Below, in pieces: positions 41,801-57,200 of a stretch of DNA of 64,000 bases. Below the pieces are notes generated by a model, which was not told the DNA's origin, did no database searches, and saw nothing but the letters and a program-made list of their open reading frames with translations. The first letter of the stretch is position 1. Each line of letters starts with the position of its first letter. This DNA is from the human T2T-CHM13v2.0 reference genome, Homo sapiens: the NCBI RefSeq assembly GCF_009914755.1, contig NC_060946.1. One strand, 5' to 3'. The position numbers and the translations under genes are program-made.

Positions 41801-44800
41801 GCTCCAAATGTCCACTTCCAGATACTACAAAAAGAGTGTTTCAAACCTACTCTGTGAAAGGGAATATTCAACTCTGTGACTTGAATGCACATATCACAAA
41901 GAAGTTTCTGAGAATGCTTCTGTCGAGATTTTATATGAAGATATTCCCGTTTCCAACGAAATCCTGAAATCTATCCAAATATCCCCTCGCAGATTCTACA
42001 AAAAGAGTGTTTCAAAACTGTTCTGTAAAAAGAAAGGTTCAACTCTGTTAGTTGAGTACACACATCACAAACAAGTATCACAGAATGCTTCTTTCTAGCT
42101 TGTAGGGGAAGATATTCCCTTTATCACCATGGGCCTCAAACCGTCCGAAACGTCCACTTCCATATACTTCAAAAAGAGCGTTTCAAACCTGCTCTATGAA
42201 AGGCAATGTTCAACTCTGTGACTTGAATGCAGACATCACAGAGCTGTTTATGAGAATGCTTCTGTCTAGATTTTATAGGATGATATTCCCGTTTCCAACG
42301 AAATCTTCACAGCTATCCAAATATCCACTTGCAGATTCTACAAAAAGAGTGTATCAAAACTGCTCTGTCAAAAGGAAGGTTCTTCTCTGTTAGGTGAGTG
42401 CATACGTCATAAAGGAGTTTCTGAGAATGTTTCTGTCTAGTGGTTATGGGAAGATATTTGCTTTTTCACCGTAGGCCTCAGAGCGCTCCAAATATCCACT
42501 TGCACATACTACAAAAAGAGTGCCTCAAAGCTGCTCTCTGAAACGGAATGTTCAACTCTATGAGTTGAATGCAAACATCACAAAGACGTTTCTGAGAATG
42601 CTTCTGTCTAGATTTGATATGAAGATATTCCCGTTTCCAACGAAATCTTCAAATCTATCCAAATGTCCACTTGCAGATTCAACAAAAAGTGTTTTTCAGA
42701 ACTGCTCTATCAAAAGAAAGATCCACCTCTGTTAGCTGAGTTCACACATCACAAACAAGTTTATGAGAATGCTTCTGTCTAGTTTTTATTTGAAGATATT
42801 TCCTTTCTCACCATAGACCTGAAAGCTGTCCTAATGTTCACTTCCAGATACTACAGAAAGAGTGTTTCAAAACTGCTGTACGAAAGGGAATGTTCAACTC
42901 TGTGACTTGAATGCACACATCACAAAGAAGTTTCTGAGGATGCTGCTGTCTACTTTTTATACGTAATCCCGTTTCCAACGAAATCCTCCAAGCTATCCAA
43001 ATATCCACTTGCAGATTCCACAGAAAGACTGTTTCAAAACTGCTCTGTCAATAGAAAGGTTCAACTCTGTTAGCTGCGTGCATATATCCCAAAGAAGATT
43101 CTGAGATTCCTTCTGTCTAGTTTTTATGGGAAGATATTTCCCTTTTCACCGTAGGCGTCAAGGCGCTCCAAATGTCCACTTCCAGATACTACAAAAAGAG
43201 TGTTTCAAACCTACTCTGTGAAAGGGAATATTCAACTCTGTGACTTGAATGCACATATCACAAAGAAGTTTCTGAGAATGCTTCTGTCGAGATTTTATAT
43301 GAAGATATTCCCGTTTCCAACGAAATCCTGAAATCTATCCAAATATCCCCTCGCAGATTCTACAAAAAGAGTGTTTCAAAACTGCTCTGTAAAAAGAAAG
43401 GTTCAACTCTGTTAGTTGAGTACACACATCACAAACAAGTTTCACAGAATGCTTCTTTCTAGCTTGTAGGGGAAGATATTCCCTTTATCACCATGGTCCT
43501 CAAACCGTCCGAAACGTCCACTTCCATATACTACAAAAAGAGCGTTTCAAACCTGCTCTAGGAAAGGCAATGTTCAACTCTGTGACTTGAATGCAGACAT
43601 CACAGAACAGTTTCTGAGAATGCTTCTGTCTAGATTTTATAGGAAGATATTCCCGTTTCCAACGAAATCTTCACAGCTATCCAAATATCCACTTGCAGAT
43701 TCTACAAAAAGAGTGTATCAAAACTGCTCTGTCAAAAGGAAGGTTCTTCTCTGTTAGGTGAGTGCATACGTCATAAAGGAGTTTCTGAGAATGTTTCTGT
43801 CTAGTGGTTATGGGAAGATATTTGCTTTTTCACCGTAGGCCTCAGAGCGCTCCAAATATCCACTTGCACATACTACAAAAAGAGTGCCTCAAAGCTGCTC
43901 TCTGAAACGGAATGTTCAACTCTATGAGTTGAATGCAAACATCACAAAGACGTTTCTGAGAATGCTTCTGTCTAGATTTGATATGAAGATATTCCCGTTT
44001 CCAACGAAATCTTCAAATCTATCCAAATGTCCACTTGCAGATTCAACAAAAAGTGTTTTTCAGAACTGCTCTATCAAAAGAAAGATCCACCTCTGTTAGC
44101 TGAGTTCACACATCACAAACAAGTTTATGAGAATGCTTCTGTCTAGTTTTTATTTGAAGATATTTCCTTTCTCACCATAGACCTGAAAGCTGTCCTAATG
44201 TTCACTTCCAGATACTACAGAAAGAGTGTTTCAAAACTGCTGTATGAAAGGGAATGTTCAACTCTGTGACTTGAATGCACACATCACAAAGAAGTTTCTG
44301 AGGATGCTGCTGTCTACTTTTTATACGTAATCCCGTTTCCAACGAAATCCTCCAAGCTATCCAAATATCCACTTGCAGATTCCACAGAAAGACTGTTTCA
44401 AAACTGCTCTGTCAATAGAAAGGTTCAACTCTGTTAGCTGCGTGCATATATCCCAAAGAAGATTCTGAGATTGCTTCTGTCTAGTTTTTATGGGAAGATA
44501 TTTCCCTTTTCACCGTAGGCGACAAGGCGCTCCAAATGTCCACTTCCAGATACTACAAAAAGAGTGTTTCAAACCTACTCTGTGAAAGCGAATATTCAAC
44601 TCTGTGACTTGAATGCACATATCACAAAGAAGTTTCTGAGAATGCTTCTGTCGAGATTTTATATGAAGATATTCCCGTTTCCAACGAAATCCTGAAATCT
44701 ATCCAAATATCCCCTCGCAGATTCTACAAAAAGAGTGTTTCAAAACTGCTCTGTAAAAAGAAAGGTTCAACTCTGTTAGTTGAGTACACACATCACAAAC

Positions 44801-45247
44801 AAGTTTCACAGAATGCTTCTTTCTAGCTTGTAGGGGAAGATATTCCCTTTATCACCATGGGCCTCCAACCGTCCGAAACGTCCACTTCCATATACTACCA
44901 AAAGAGCGTTTCAAACCTGCTCTAGGAAAGGCAATGTTCAACTCTGTGACTTGAATGCAGACATCACAGAGCAGTTTCTGAGAATGCTTCTGTCTAGATT
45001 TTATAGGAAGATATTCCCGTTTCCAACGAAATCTTCACAGCTATCCAAATATCCACTTGCAGATTCTACAAAAAGAGTGTATCAAAACTGCTCTGTCAAA
45101 AGGAAGGTTCTTCTCTGTTAGGTGAGTGCATACGTCATAAAGGAGTTTCTGAGAATGTTTCTGTCTAGTGGTTATGGGAAGATATTTGCTTTTTCACCGT
45201 AGGCCTCAGAGCGCTCCAAATATCCACTTGCACATACTACAAAAAGA

Positions 45248-48200
45248 GTGCCTCAAAGCTGCTCTCTGAAACGGAATGTTCAACTCTATGAGTTGAATGC
45301 AAACATCACAAAGACGTTTCTGAGAATGCTTCTGTCTAGATTTGATATGAAGATATTCCCGTTTCCAACGAAATCTTCAAATCTATCCAAATGTCCACTT
45401 GCAGATTCAACAAAAAGTGTTTTTCAGAACTGCTCTATCAAAAGAAAGATCCACCTCTGTTAGCTGAGTTCACACATCACAAACAAGTTTATGAGAATGC
45501 TTCTGTCTAGTTTTTATTTGAAGATATTTCCTTTCTCACCATAGACCTGAAAGCTGTCCTAATGTTCACTTCCAGATACTACAGAAAGAGTGTTTCAAAA
45601 CTGCTGGACGAAAGGGAATGTTCAACTCTGTGACTTGAATGCACACATCACAAAGAAGTTTCTGAGGATGCTGCTGTCTACTTTTTATACGTAATCCCGT
45701 TTCCAACGAAATCCTCCAAGCTATCCAAATATCCACTTGCAGATTCCACAGAAAGACTGTTTCAAAACTGCTCTGTCAATAGAAAGGTTCAACTCTGTTA
45801 GCTGCGTGCATATATCCCAAAGAAGATTCTGAGATTGCTTCTGTCTAGTTTTTATGGGAAGATATTTCCCTTTTCACCGTAGGCGTCAAGGCGCTCCAAA
45901 TGTCCACTTCCAGATACTACAAAAAGAGTGTTTCAAACCTACTCTGTGAAAGGGAATATTCAACTCTGTGACTTGAATGCACATATCACAAAGAAGTTTC
46001 TGAGAATGCTTCTGTCGAGATTTTATATGAAGATATTCCCGTTTCCAACGAAATCCTGAAATCTATCCAAATATCCCCTCGCAGATTCTACAAAAAGAGT
46101 GTTTCAAAACTGCTCTGTAAAAAGAAAGGTTCAACTCTGTTAGTTGAGTACACACATCACAAACAAGTTTCACAGAATGCTTCTTTCTAGCTTGTAGGGG
46201 AAGATATTCCCTTTATCACCATGGGCCTCCAACCGTCCGAAACGTCCACTTCCATATACTACAAAAAGAGCGTTTCAAACCTGCTCTAGGAAAGGCAATG
46301 TTCAACTCTGTGACTTGAATGCAGACATCACAGAGCAGTTTCTGAGAATGCTTCTGTCTAGATTTTATAGGAAGATATTCCCGTTTCCAACGAAATCTTC
46401 ACAGCTATCCAAATATCCACTTGCAGATTCTACAAAAAGAGTGTATCAAAACTGCTCTGTCAAAAGGAAGGTTCTTCTCTGTTAGGTGAGTGCATACGTC
46501 ATAAAGGAGTTTCTGAGAATGTTTCTGTCTAGTGGTTATGGGAAGATATTTGCTTTTTCACCGTAGGCCTCAGAGCGCTCCAAATATCCACTTGCACATA
46601 CTACAAAAAGAGTGCCTCAAAGCTGCTCTTTGAAACGGAATGTTCAACTCTATGAGTTGAATGCAAACATCACAAAGACGTTTCTGAGAATGCTTCTGTC
46701 TAGATTTGATATGAAGATATTCCCGTTTCCAACGAAATCTTCAAATCTATCCAAATGTCCACTTGCAGATTCAACAAAAAGTGTTTTTCAGAACTGCTCT
46801 ATCAAAAGAAAGATCCACATCTGTTAGCTGAGTTCACACATCACAAACAAGTTTATGAGAATGCTTCTGTCTAGTTTTTATTTGAAGATATTTCCTTTCT
46901 CACCATAGACCTGAAAGCTGTCCTAATGTTCACTTCCAGATACTACAGAAAGAGTGTTTCAAAACTGCTGTATGAAAGGGAATGTTCAACTCTGTGACTT
47001 GAATGCACACATCACAAAGAAGTTTCTGAGGATGCTGCTGTCTACTTTTTATATGTAATCCGGTTTCCAACGAAATCCTCCAAGCTATCCAAATATCCAC
47101 TTGCAGATTCCACAGAAAGACTGTTTCAAAACTGCTCTGTCAATAGAAAGGTTCAACTCTGTTAGCTGCGTGCATATATCCCAAAGAAGATTCTGAGATT
47201 GCTTCTGTCTAGTTTTTATGGGAAGATATTTCCCTTTTCACCGTAGGCGTCAAGGCGCTCCAAATGTCCACTTCCAGATACTACAAAAAGAGTGTTTCAA
47301 ACCTACTCTGTGAAAGGGAATATTCAACTCTGTGACTTGAATGCACATATCACAAAGAAGTTTCTGAGAATGCTTCTGTCGAGATTTTATATGAAGATAT
47401 TCCCGTTTCCAACGAAATCCTGAAATCTATCCAAATATCCCCTCGCAGATTCTACAAAAAGAGTGTTTCAAAACTGCTCTGTAAAAAGAAAGGTTCAACT
47501 CTGTTAGTTGAGTACACACATCACAAACAAGTTTCACAGAATGCTTCTTTCTAGCTTGTAGGGGAAGATATTCCCTTTATCACCATGGGCCTCCAACCGT
47601 CCGAAACGTCCACTTCCATATACTACAAAAAGAGCGTTTCAAACCTGCTCTAGGAAAGGCAATGTTCAACTCTGTGACTTGAATGCAGACATCACAGAGC
47701 AGTTTCTGAGAATGCTTCTGTCTAGATTTTATAGGAAGATATTCCCGTTTCCAACGAAATCTTCACAGCTATCCAAATATCCACTTGCAGATTCTACAAA
47801 AAGAGTGTATCAAAACTGCTCTGTCAAAAGGAAGGTTCTTCTCTGTTAGGTGAGTGCATACGTCATAAAGGAGTTTCTGAGAATGTTTCTGTCTAGTGGT
47901 TATGGGAAGATATTTGCTTTTTCACCGTAGGCCTCAGAGCGCTCCAAATATCCACTTGCACATACTACAAAAAGAGTGCCTCAAAGCTGCTCTCTGAAAC
48001 GGAATGTTCAACTCTATGAGTTGAATGCAAACATCACAAAGACGTTTCTGAGAATGCTTCTGTCTAGATTTGATATGAAGATATTCCCGTTTCCAACGAA
48101 ATCTTCAAATCTATCCAAATGTCCACTTGCAGATTCAACAAAAAGTGTTTTTCAGAACTGCTCTATCAAAAGAAAGATCCACCTCTGTTAGCTGAGTTCA

Positions 48201-51200
48201 CACATCACAAACAAGTTTATGAGAATGCTTCTGTCTAGTTTTTATTTGAAGATATTTCCTTTCTCACCATAGACCTGAAAGCTGTCCTAATGTTCACTTC
48301 CAGATACTACAGAAAGAGTGTTTCAAAACTGCTGTACGAAAGGGAATGTTCAACTCTGTGACTTGAATGCACACATCACAAAGAAGTTTCTGAGGATGCT
48401 GCTGTCTACTTTTTATACGTAATCCCGTTTGCAACGAAATCCTCCAAGCTATCCAAATATCCACTTGCAGATTCCACAGAAAGACTGTTTCAAAACTGCT
48501 CTGTCAATAGAAAGGTTCAACTCTGTTAGCTGCGTGCATATATCCCAAAGAAGATTCTGAGATTGCTTCTGTCTAGTTTTTATGGGAAGATATTTCCCTT
48601 TTCACCGTAGGCGTCAAGGCGCTCCAAATGTCCACTTCCAGATACTACAAAAAGAGTGTTTCAAACCTACTCTGTGAAAGGGAATATTCAACTCTGTGAC
48701 TTGAATGCACATATCACAAAGAAGTTTCTGAGAATGCTTCTGTCGAGATTTTATATGAAGATATTCCCGTTTCCAACGAAATCCTGAAATCTATCCAAAT
48801 ATCCCCTCGCAGATTCTACAAAAAGAGTGTTTCAAAACTGCTCTGTAAAAAGAAAGGTTCAACTCTGTTAGTTGAGTACACACATCACAAACAAGTTTCA
48901 CAGAATGCTTCTTTCTAGCTTGTAGGGGAAGATATTCCCTTTATCACCATGGTCCTCAAACCGTCCGAAACGTCCACTTCCATATACTACAAAAAGAGCG
49001 TTTCAAACCTGCTCTAGGAAAGGCAATGTTCAACTCTGTGACTTGAATGCAGACATCACAGAACAGTTTCTGAGAATGCTTCTGTCTAGATTTTATAGGA
49101 AGATATTCCCGTTTCCAACGAAATCTTCACAGCTATCCAAATATCCACTTGCAGATTCTACAAAAAGAGTGTATCAAAACTGCTCTGTCAAAAGGAAGGT
49201 TCTTCTCTGTTAGGTGAGTGCATACGTCATAAAGGAGTTTCTGAGAATGTTTCTGTCTAGTGGTTATGGGAAGATATTTGCTTTTTCACCGTAGGCCTCA
49301 GAGCGCTCCAAATATCCACTTGCACATACTACAAAAAGAGTGCCTCAAAGCTGCTCTCTGAAACGGAATGTTCAACTCTATGAGTTGAATGCAAACATCA
49401 CAAAGACGTTTCTGAGAATGCTTCTGTCTAGATTTGATATGAAGATATTCCCGTTTCCAACGAAATCTTCAAATCTATCCAAATGTCCACTTGCAGATTC
49501 AACAAAAAGTGTTTTTCAGAACTGCTCTATCAAAAGAAAGATCCACCTCTGTTAGCTGAGTTCACACATCACAAACAAGTTTATGAGAATGCTTCTGTCT
49601 AGTTTTTATTTGAAGATATTTCCTTTCTCACCATAGACCTGAAAGCTGTCCTAATGTTCACTTCCAGATACTACAGAAAGAGTGTTTCAAAACTGCTGTA
49701 CGAAAGGGAATGTTCAACTCTGTGACTTGAATGCACACATCACAAAGAAGTTTCTGAGGATGCTGCTGTCTACTTTTTATACGTAATCCCGTTTCCAACG
49801 AAATCCTCCAAGCTATCCAAATATCCACTTGCAGATTCCACAGAAAGACTGTTTCAAAACTGCTCTGTCAATAGAAAGGTTCAACTCTGTTAGCTGCGTG
49901 CATATATCCCAAAGAAGATTCTGAGATTGCTTCTGTCTAGTTTTTATGGGAAGATATTTCCCTTTTCACCGTAGGCGTCAAGGCGCTCCAAATGTCCACT
50001 TCCAGATACTACAAAAAGAGTGTTTCAAACCTACTCTGTGAAAGCGAATATTCAACTCTGTGACTTGAATGCACATATCACAAAGAAGTTTCTGAGAATG
50101 CTTCTGTCGAGATTTTATATGAAGATATTCCCGTTTCCAACGAAATCCTGAAATCTATCCAAATATCCCCTCGCAGATTCTACAAAAAGAGTGTTTCAAA
50201 ACTGCTCTGTAAAAAGAAAGGTTCAACTCTGTTAGTTGAGTACACACATCACAAACAAGTTTCACAGAATGCTTCTTTCTAGCTTGTAGGGGAAGATATT
50301 CCCTTTATCACCATGGGCCTCCAACCGTCCGAAACGTCCACTTCCATATACTACAAAAAGAGCGTTTCAAACCTGCTCTATGAAAGGCAATGTTCAACTC
50401 TGTGACTTGAATGCAGACATCACAGAGCAGTTTCTGAGAATGCTTCTGTCTAGATTTTATAGGAAGATATTCCCGTTTCCAACGAAATCTTCACAGCTAT
50501 CCAAATATCCACTTGCAGATTCTACAAAAAGAGTGTATCAAAACTGCTCTGTCAAAAGGAAGGTTCTTCTCTGTTAGGTGAGTGCATACGTCATAAAGGA
50601 GTTTCTGAGAATGTTTCTGTCTAGTGGTTATGGGAAGATATTTGCTTTTTCACCGTAGGCCTCAGAGCGCTCCAAATATCCACTTGCACATACTACAAAA
50701 AGAGTGCCTCAAAGCTGCTCTTTGAAACGGAATGTTCAACTCTATGAGTTGAATGCAAACATCACAAAGACGTTTCTGAGAATGCTTCTGTCTAGATTTG
50801 ATATGAAGATATTCCCGTTTCCAACGAAATCTTCAAATCTATCCAAATGTCCACTTGCAGATTCAACAAAAAGTGTTTTTCAGAACTGCTCTATCAAAAG
50901 AAAGATCCATATCTGTTAGCTGAGTTCACACATCACAAACAAGTTTATGAGAATGCTTCTGTCTAGTTTTTATTTGAAGATATTTCCTTTCTCACCATAG
51001 ACCTGAAAGCTGTCCTAATGTTCACTTCCAGATACTACAGAAAGAGTGTTTCAAAACTGCTGTATGAAAGGGAATGTTCAACTCTGTGACTTGAATGCAC
51101 ACATCACAAAGAAGTTTCTGAGGATGCTGCTGTCTACTTTTTATATGTAATCCGGTTTCCAACGAAATCCTCCAAGCTATCCAAATATCCACTTGCAGAT

Positions 51201-54200
51201 TCCACAGAAAGACTGTTTCAAAACTGCTCTGTCAATAGAAAGGTTCAACTCTGTTAGCTGCGTGCATATATCCCAAAGAAGATTCTGAGATTGCTTCTGT
51301 CTAGTTTTTATGGGAAGATATTTCCCTTTTCACCGTAGGCGTCAAGGCGCTCCAAATGTCCACTTCCAGATACTACAAAAAGAGTGTTTCAAACCTACTC
51401 TGTGAAAGGGAATATTCAACTCTGTGACTTGAATGCACATATCACAAAGAAGTTTCTGAGAATGCTTCTGTCGAGATTTTATATGAAGATATTCCCGTTT
51501 CCAACGAAATCCTGAAATCTATCCAAATATCCCCTCGCAGATTCTACAAAAAGAGTGTTTCAAAACTGCTCTGTAAAAAGAAAGGTTCAACTCTGTTAGT
51601 TGAGTACACACATCACAAACAAGTTTCACAGAATGCTTCTTTCTAGCTTGTAGGGGAAGATATTCCCTTTATCACCATGGGCCTCCAACCGTCCGAAACG
51701 TCCACTTCCATATACTACAAAAAGAGCGTTTCAAACCTGCTCTAGGAAAGGCAATGTTCAACTCTGTGACTTGAATGCAGACATCACAGAGCAGTTTCTG
51801 AGAATGCTTCTGTCTAGATTTTATAGGAAGATATTCCCGTTTCCAACGAAATCTTCACAGCTATCCAAATATCCACTTGCAGATTCTACAAAAAGAGTGT
51901 ATCAAAACTGCTCTGTCAAAAGGAAGGTTCTTCTCTGTTAGGTGAGTGCATACGTCATAAAGGAGTTTCTGAGAATGTTTCTGTCTAGTGGTTATGGGAA
52001 GATATTTGCTTTTTCACCGTAGGCCTCAGAGCGCTCCAAATATCCACTTGCACATACTACAAAAAGAGTGCCTCAAAGCTGCTCTCTGAAACGGAATGTT
52101 CAACTCTATGAGTTGAATGCAAACATCACAAAGACGTTTCTGAGAATGCTTCTGTCTAGATTTGATATGAAGATATTCCCGTTTCCAACGAAATCTTCAA
52201 ATCTATCCAAATGTCCACTTGCAGATTCAACAAAAAGTGTTTTTCAGAACTGCTCTATCAAAAGAAAGATCCACCTCTGTTAGCTGAGTTCACACATCAC
52301 AAACAAGTTTATGAGAATGCTTCTGTCTAGTTTTTATTTGAAGATATTTCCTTTCTCACCATAGACCTGAAAGCTGTCCTAATGTTCACTTCCAGATACT
52401 ACAGAAAGAGTGTTTCAAAACTGCTGTACGAAAGGGAATGTTCAACTCTGTGACTTGAATGCACACATCACAAAGAAGTTTCTGAGGATGCTGCTGTCTA
52501 CTTTTTATATGTAATCCCGTTTCCAACGAAATCCTCCAAGCTATCCAAATATCCACTTGCAGATTCCACAGAAAGACTGTTTCAAAACTGCTCTGTCAAT
52601 AGAAAGGTTCAACTCTGTTAGCTGCGTGCATATATCCCAAAGAAGATTCTGAGATTCCTTCTGTCTAGTTTTTATGGGAAGATATTTCCCTTTTCACCGT
52701 AGGCGTCAAGGCGCTCCAAATGTCCACTTCCAGATACTACAAAAAGAGTGTTTCAAACCTACTCTGTGAAAGGGAATATTCAACTCTGTGACTTGAATGC
52801 ACATATCACAAAGAAGTTTCTGAGAATGCTTCTGTCGAGATTTTATATGAAGATATTCCCGTTTCCAACGAAATCCTGAAATCTATCCAAATATCCCCTC
52901 GCAGATTCTACAAAAAGAGTGTTTCAAAACTGCTCTGTAAAAAGAAAGGTTCAACTCTGTTAGTTGAGTACACACATCACAAACAAGTTTCACAGAATGC
53001 TTCTTTCTAGCTTGTAGGGGAAGATATTCCCTTTATCACCATGGTCCTCAAACCGTCCGAAACGTCCACTTCCATATACTACAAAAAGAGCGTTTCAAAC
53101 CTGCTCTAGGAAAGGCAATGTTCAACTCTGTGACTTGAATGCAGACATCACAGAACAGTTTCTGAGAATGCTTCTGTCTAGATTTTATAGGAAGATATTC
53201 CCGTTTCCAACGAAATCTTCACAGCTATCCAAATATCCACTTGCAGATTCTACAAAAAGAGTGTATCAAAACTGCTCTGTCAAAAGGAAGGTTCTTCTCT
53301 GTTAGGTGAGTGCATACGTCATAAAGGAGTTTCTGAGAATGTTTCTGTCTAGTGGTTATGGGAAGATATTTGCTTTTTCACCGTAGGCCTCAGAGCGCTC
53401 CAAATATCCACTTGCACATACTACAAAAAGAGTGCCTCAAAGCTGCTCTCTGAAACGGAATGTTCAACTCTATGAGTTGAATGCAAACATCACAAAGACG
53501 TTTCTGAGAATGCTTCTGTCTAGATTTGATATGAAGATATTCCCGTTTCCAACGAAATCTTCAAATCTATCCAAATGTCCACTTGCAGATTCAACAAAAA
53601 GTGTTTTTCAGAACTGCTCTATCAAAAGAAAGATCCACCTCTGTTAGCTGAGTTCACACATCACAAACAAGTTTATGAGAATGCTTCTGTCTAGTTTTTA
53701 TTTGAAGATATTTCCTTTCTCACCATAGACCTGAAAGCTGTCCTAATGTTCACTTCCAGATACTACAGAAAGAGTGTTTCAAAACTGCTGTACGAAAGGG
53801 AATGTTCAACTCTGTGACTTGAATGCACACATCACAAAGAAGTTTCTGAGGATGCTGCTGTCTACTTTTTATACGTAATCCCGTTTCCAACGAAATCCTC
53901 CAAGCTATCCAAATATCCACTTGCAGATTCCACAGAAAGACTGTTTCAAAACTGCTCTGTCAATAGAAAGGTTCAACTCTGTTAGCTGCGTGCATATATC
54001 CCAAAGAAGATTCTGAGATTGCTTCTGTCTAGTTTTTATGGGAAGATATTTCCCTTTTCACCGTAGGCGTCAAGGCGCTCCAAATGTCCACTTCCAGATA
54101 CTACAAAAAGAGTGTTTCAAACCTACTCTGTGAAAGCGAATATTCAACTCTGTGACTTGAATGCACATATCACAAAGAAGTTTCTGAGAATGCTTCTGTC

Positions 54201-57200
54201 GAGATTTTATATGAAGATATTCCCGTTTCCAACGAAATCCTGAAATCTATCCAAATATCCCCTCGCAGATTCTACAAAAAGAGTGTTTCAAAACTGCTCT
54301 GTAAAAAGAAAGGTTCAACTCTGTTAGTTGAGTACACACATCACAAACAAGTTTCACAGAATGCTTCTTTCTAGCTTGTAGGGGAAGATATTCCCTTTAT
54401 CACCATGGGCCTCCAACCGTCCGAAACGTCCACTTCCATATACTACCAAAAGAGCGTTTCAAACCTGCTCTAGGAAAGGCAATGTTCAACTCTGTGACTT
54501 GAATGCAGACATCACAGAGCAGTTTCTGAGAATGCTTCTGTCTAGATTTTATAGGAAGATATTCCCGTTTCCAACGAAATCTTCACAGCTATCCAAATAT
54601 CCACTTGCAGATTCTACAAAAAGAGTGTATCAAAACTGCTCTGTCAAAAGGAAGGTTCTTCTCTGTTAGGTGAGTGCATACGTCATAAAGGAGTTTCTGA
54701 GAATGTTTCTGTCTAGTGGTTATGGGAAGATATTTGCTTTTTCACCGTAGGCCTCAGAGCGCTCCAAATATCCACTTGCACATACTACAAAAAGAGTGCC
54801 TCAAAGCTGCTCTCTGAAACGGAATGTTCAACTCTATGAGTTGAATGCAAACATCACAAAGACGTTTCTGAGAATGCTTCTGTCTAGATTTGATATGAAG
54901 ATATTCCCGTTTCCAACGAAATCTTCAAATCTATCCAAATGTCCACTTGCAGATTCAACAAAAAGTGTTTTTCAGAACTGCTCTATCAAAAGAAAGATCC
55001 ACCTCTGTTAGCTGAGTTCACACATCACAAACAAGTTTATGAGAATGCTTCTGTCTAGTTTTTATTTGAAGATATTTCCTTTCTCACCATAGACCTGAAA
55101 GCTGTCCTAATGTTCACTTCCAGATACTACAGAAAGAGTGTTTCAAAACTGCTGTACGAAAGGGAATGTTCAACTCTGTGACTTGAATGCACACATCACA
55201 AAGAAGTTTCTGAGGATGCTGCTGTCTACTTTTTATACGTAATCCCGTTTCCAACGAAATCCTCCAAGCTATCCAAATATCCACTTGCAGATTCCACAGA
55301 AAGACTGTTTCAAAACTGCTCTGTCAATAGAAAGGTTCAACTCTGTTAGCTGCGTGCATATATCCCAAAGAAGATTCTGAGATTGCTTCTGTCTAGTTTT
55401 TATGGGAAGATATTTCCCTTTTCACCGTAGGCGTCAAGGCGCTCCAAATGTCCACTTCCAGATACTACAAAAAGAGTGTTTCAAACCTACTCTGTGAAAG
55501 GGAATATTCAACTCTGTGACTTGAATGCACATATCACAAAGAAGTTTCTGAGAATGCTTCTGTCGAGATTTTATATGAAGATATTCCCGTTTCCAACGAA
55601 ATCCTGAAATCTATCCAAATATCCCCTCGCAGATTCTACAAAAAGAGTGTTTCAAAACTGCTCTGTAAAAAGAAAGGTTCAACTCTGTTAGTTGAGTACA
55701 CACATCACAAACAAGTTTCACAGAATGCTTCTTTCTAGCTTGTAGGGGAAGATATTCCCTTTATCACCATGGGCCTCCAACCGTCCGAAACGTCCACTTC
55801 CATATACTACAAAAAGAGCGTTTCAAACCTGCTCTATGAAAGGCAATGTTCAACTCTGTGACTTGAATGCAGACATCACAGAGCAGTTTCTGAGAATGCT
55901 TCTGTCTAGATTTTATAGGAAGATATTCCCGTTTCCAACGAAATCTTCACAGCTATCCAAATATCCACTTGCAGATTCTACAAAAAGAGTGTATCAAAAC
56001 TGCTCTGTCAAAAGGAAGGTTCTTCTCTGTTAGGTGAGTGCATACGTCATAAAGGAGTTTCTGAGAATGTTTCTGTCTAGTGGTTATGGGAAGATATTTG
56101 CTTTTTCACCGTAGGCCTCAGAGCGCTCCAAATATCCACTTGCACATACTACAAAAAGAGTGCCTCAAAGCTGCTCTTTGAAACGGAATGTTCAACTCTA
56201 TGAGTTGAATGCAAACATCACAAAGACGTTTCTGAGAATGCTTCTGTCTAGATTTGATATGAAGATATTCCCGTTTCCAACGAAATCTTCAAATCTATCC
56301 AAATGTCCACTTGCAGATTCAACAAAAAGTGTTTTTCAGAACTGCTCTATCAAAAGAAAGATCCACATCTGTTAGCTGAGTTCACACATCACAAACAAGT
56401 TTATGAGAATGCTTCTGTCTAGTTTTTATTTGAAGATATTTCCTTTCTCACCATAGACCTGAAAGCTGTCCTAATGTTCACTTCCAGATACTACAGAAAG
56501 CGTGTTTCAAAACTGCTGTATGAAAGGGAATGTTCAACTCTGTGACTTGAATGCACACATCACAAAGAAGTTTCTGAGGATGCTGCTGTCTACTTTTTAT
56601 ATGTAATCCGGTTTCCAACGAAATCCTCCAAGCTATCCAAATATCCACTTGCAGATTCCACAGAAAGACTGTTTCAAAACTGCTCTGTCAATAGAAAGGT
56701 TCAACTCTGTTAGCTGCGTGCATATATCCCAAAGAAGATTCTGAGATTGCTTCTGTCTAGTTTTTATGGGAAGATATTTCCCTTTTCACCGTAGGCGTCA
56801 AGGCGCTCCAAATGTCCACTTCCAGATACTACAAAAAGAGTGTTTCAAACCTACTCTGTGAAAGGGAATATTCAACTCTGTGACTTGAATGCACATATCA
56901 CAAAGAAGTTTCTGAGAATGCTTCTGTCGAGATTTTATATGAAGATATTCCCGTTTCCAACGAAATCCTGAAATCTATCCAAATATCCCCTCGCAGATTC
57001 TACAAAAAGAGTGTTTCAAAACTGCTCTGTAAAAAGAAAGGTTCAACTCTGTTAGTTGAGTACACACATCACAAACAAGTTTCACAGAATGCTTCTTTCT
57101 AGCTTGTAGGGGAAGATATTCCCTTTATCACCATGGGCCTCCAACCGTCCGAAACGTCCACTTCCATATACTACAAAAAGAGCGTTTCAAACCTGCTCTA

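Larger units (their letters stand above)
22060..45247. repeat. Copy 1 of a 17-HOR (23,188 bp) tandem segmental duplication within the array; boundaries approximate
   Basis: Rare SNPs at 29322, 33313, 35083 and 37773 recur exactly 23,188 bp downstream. Confidence 0.85.
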
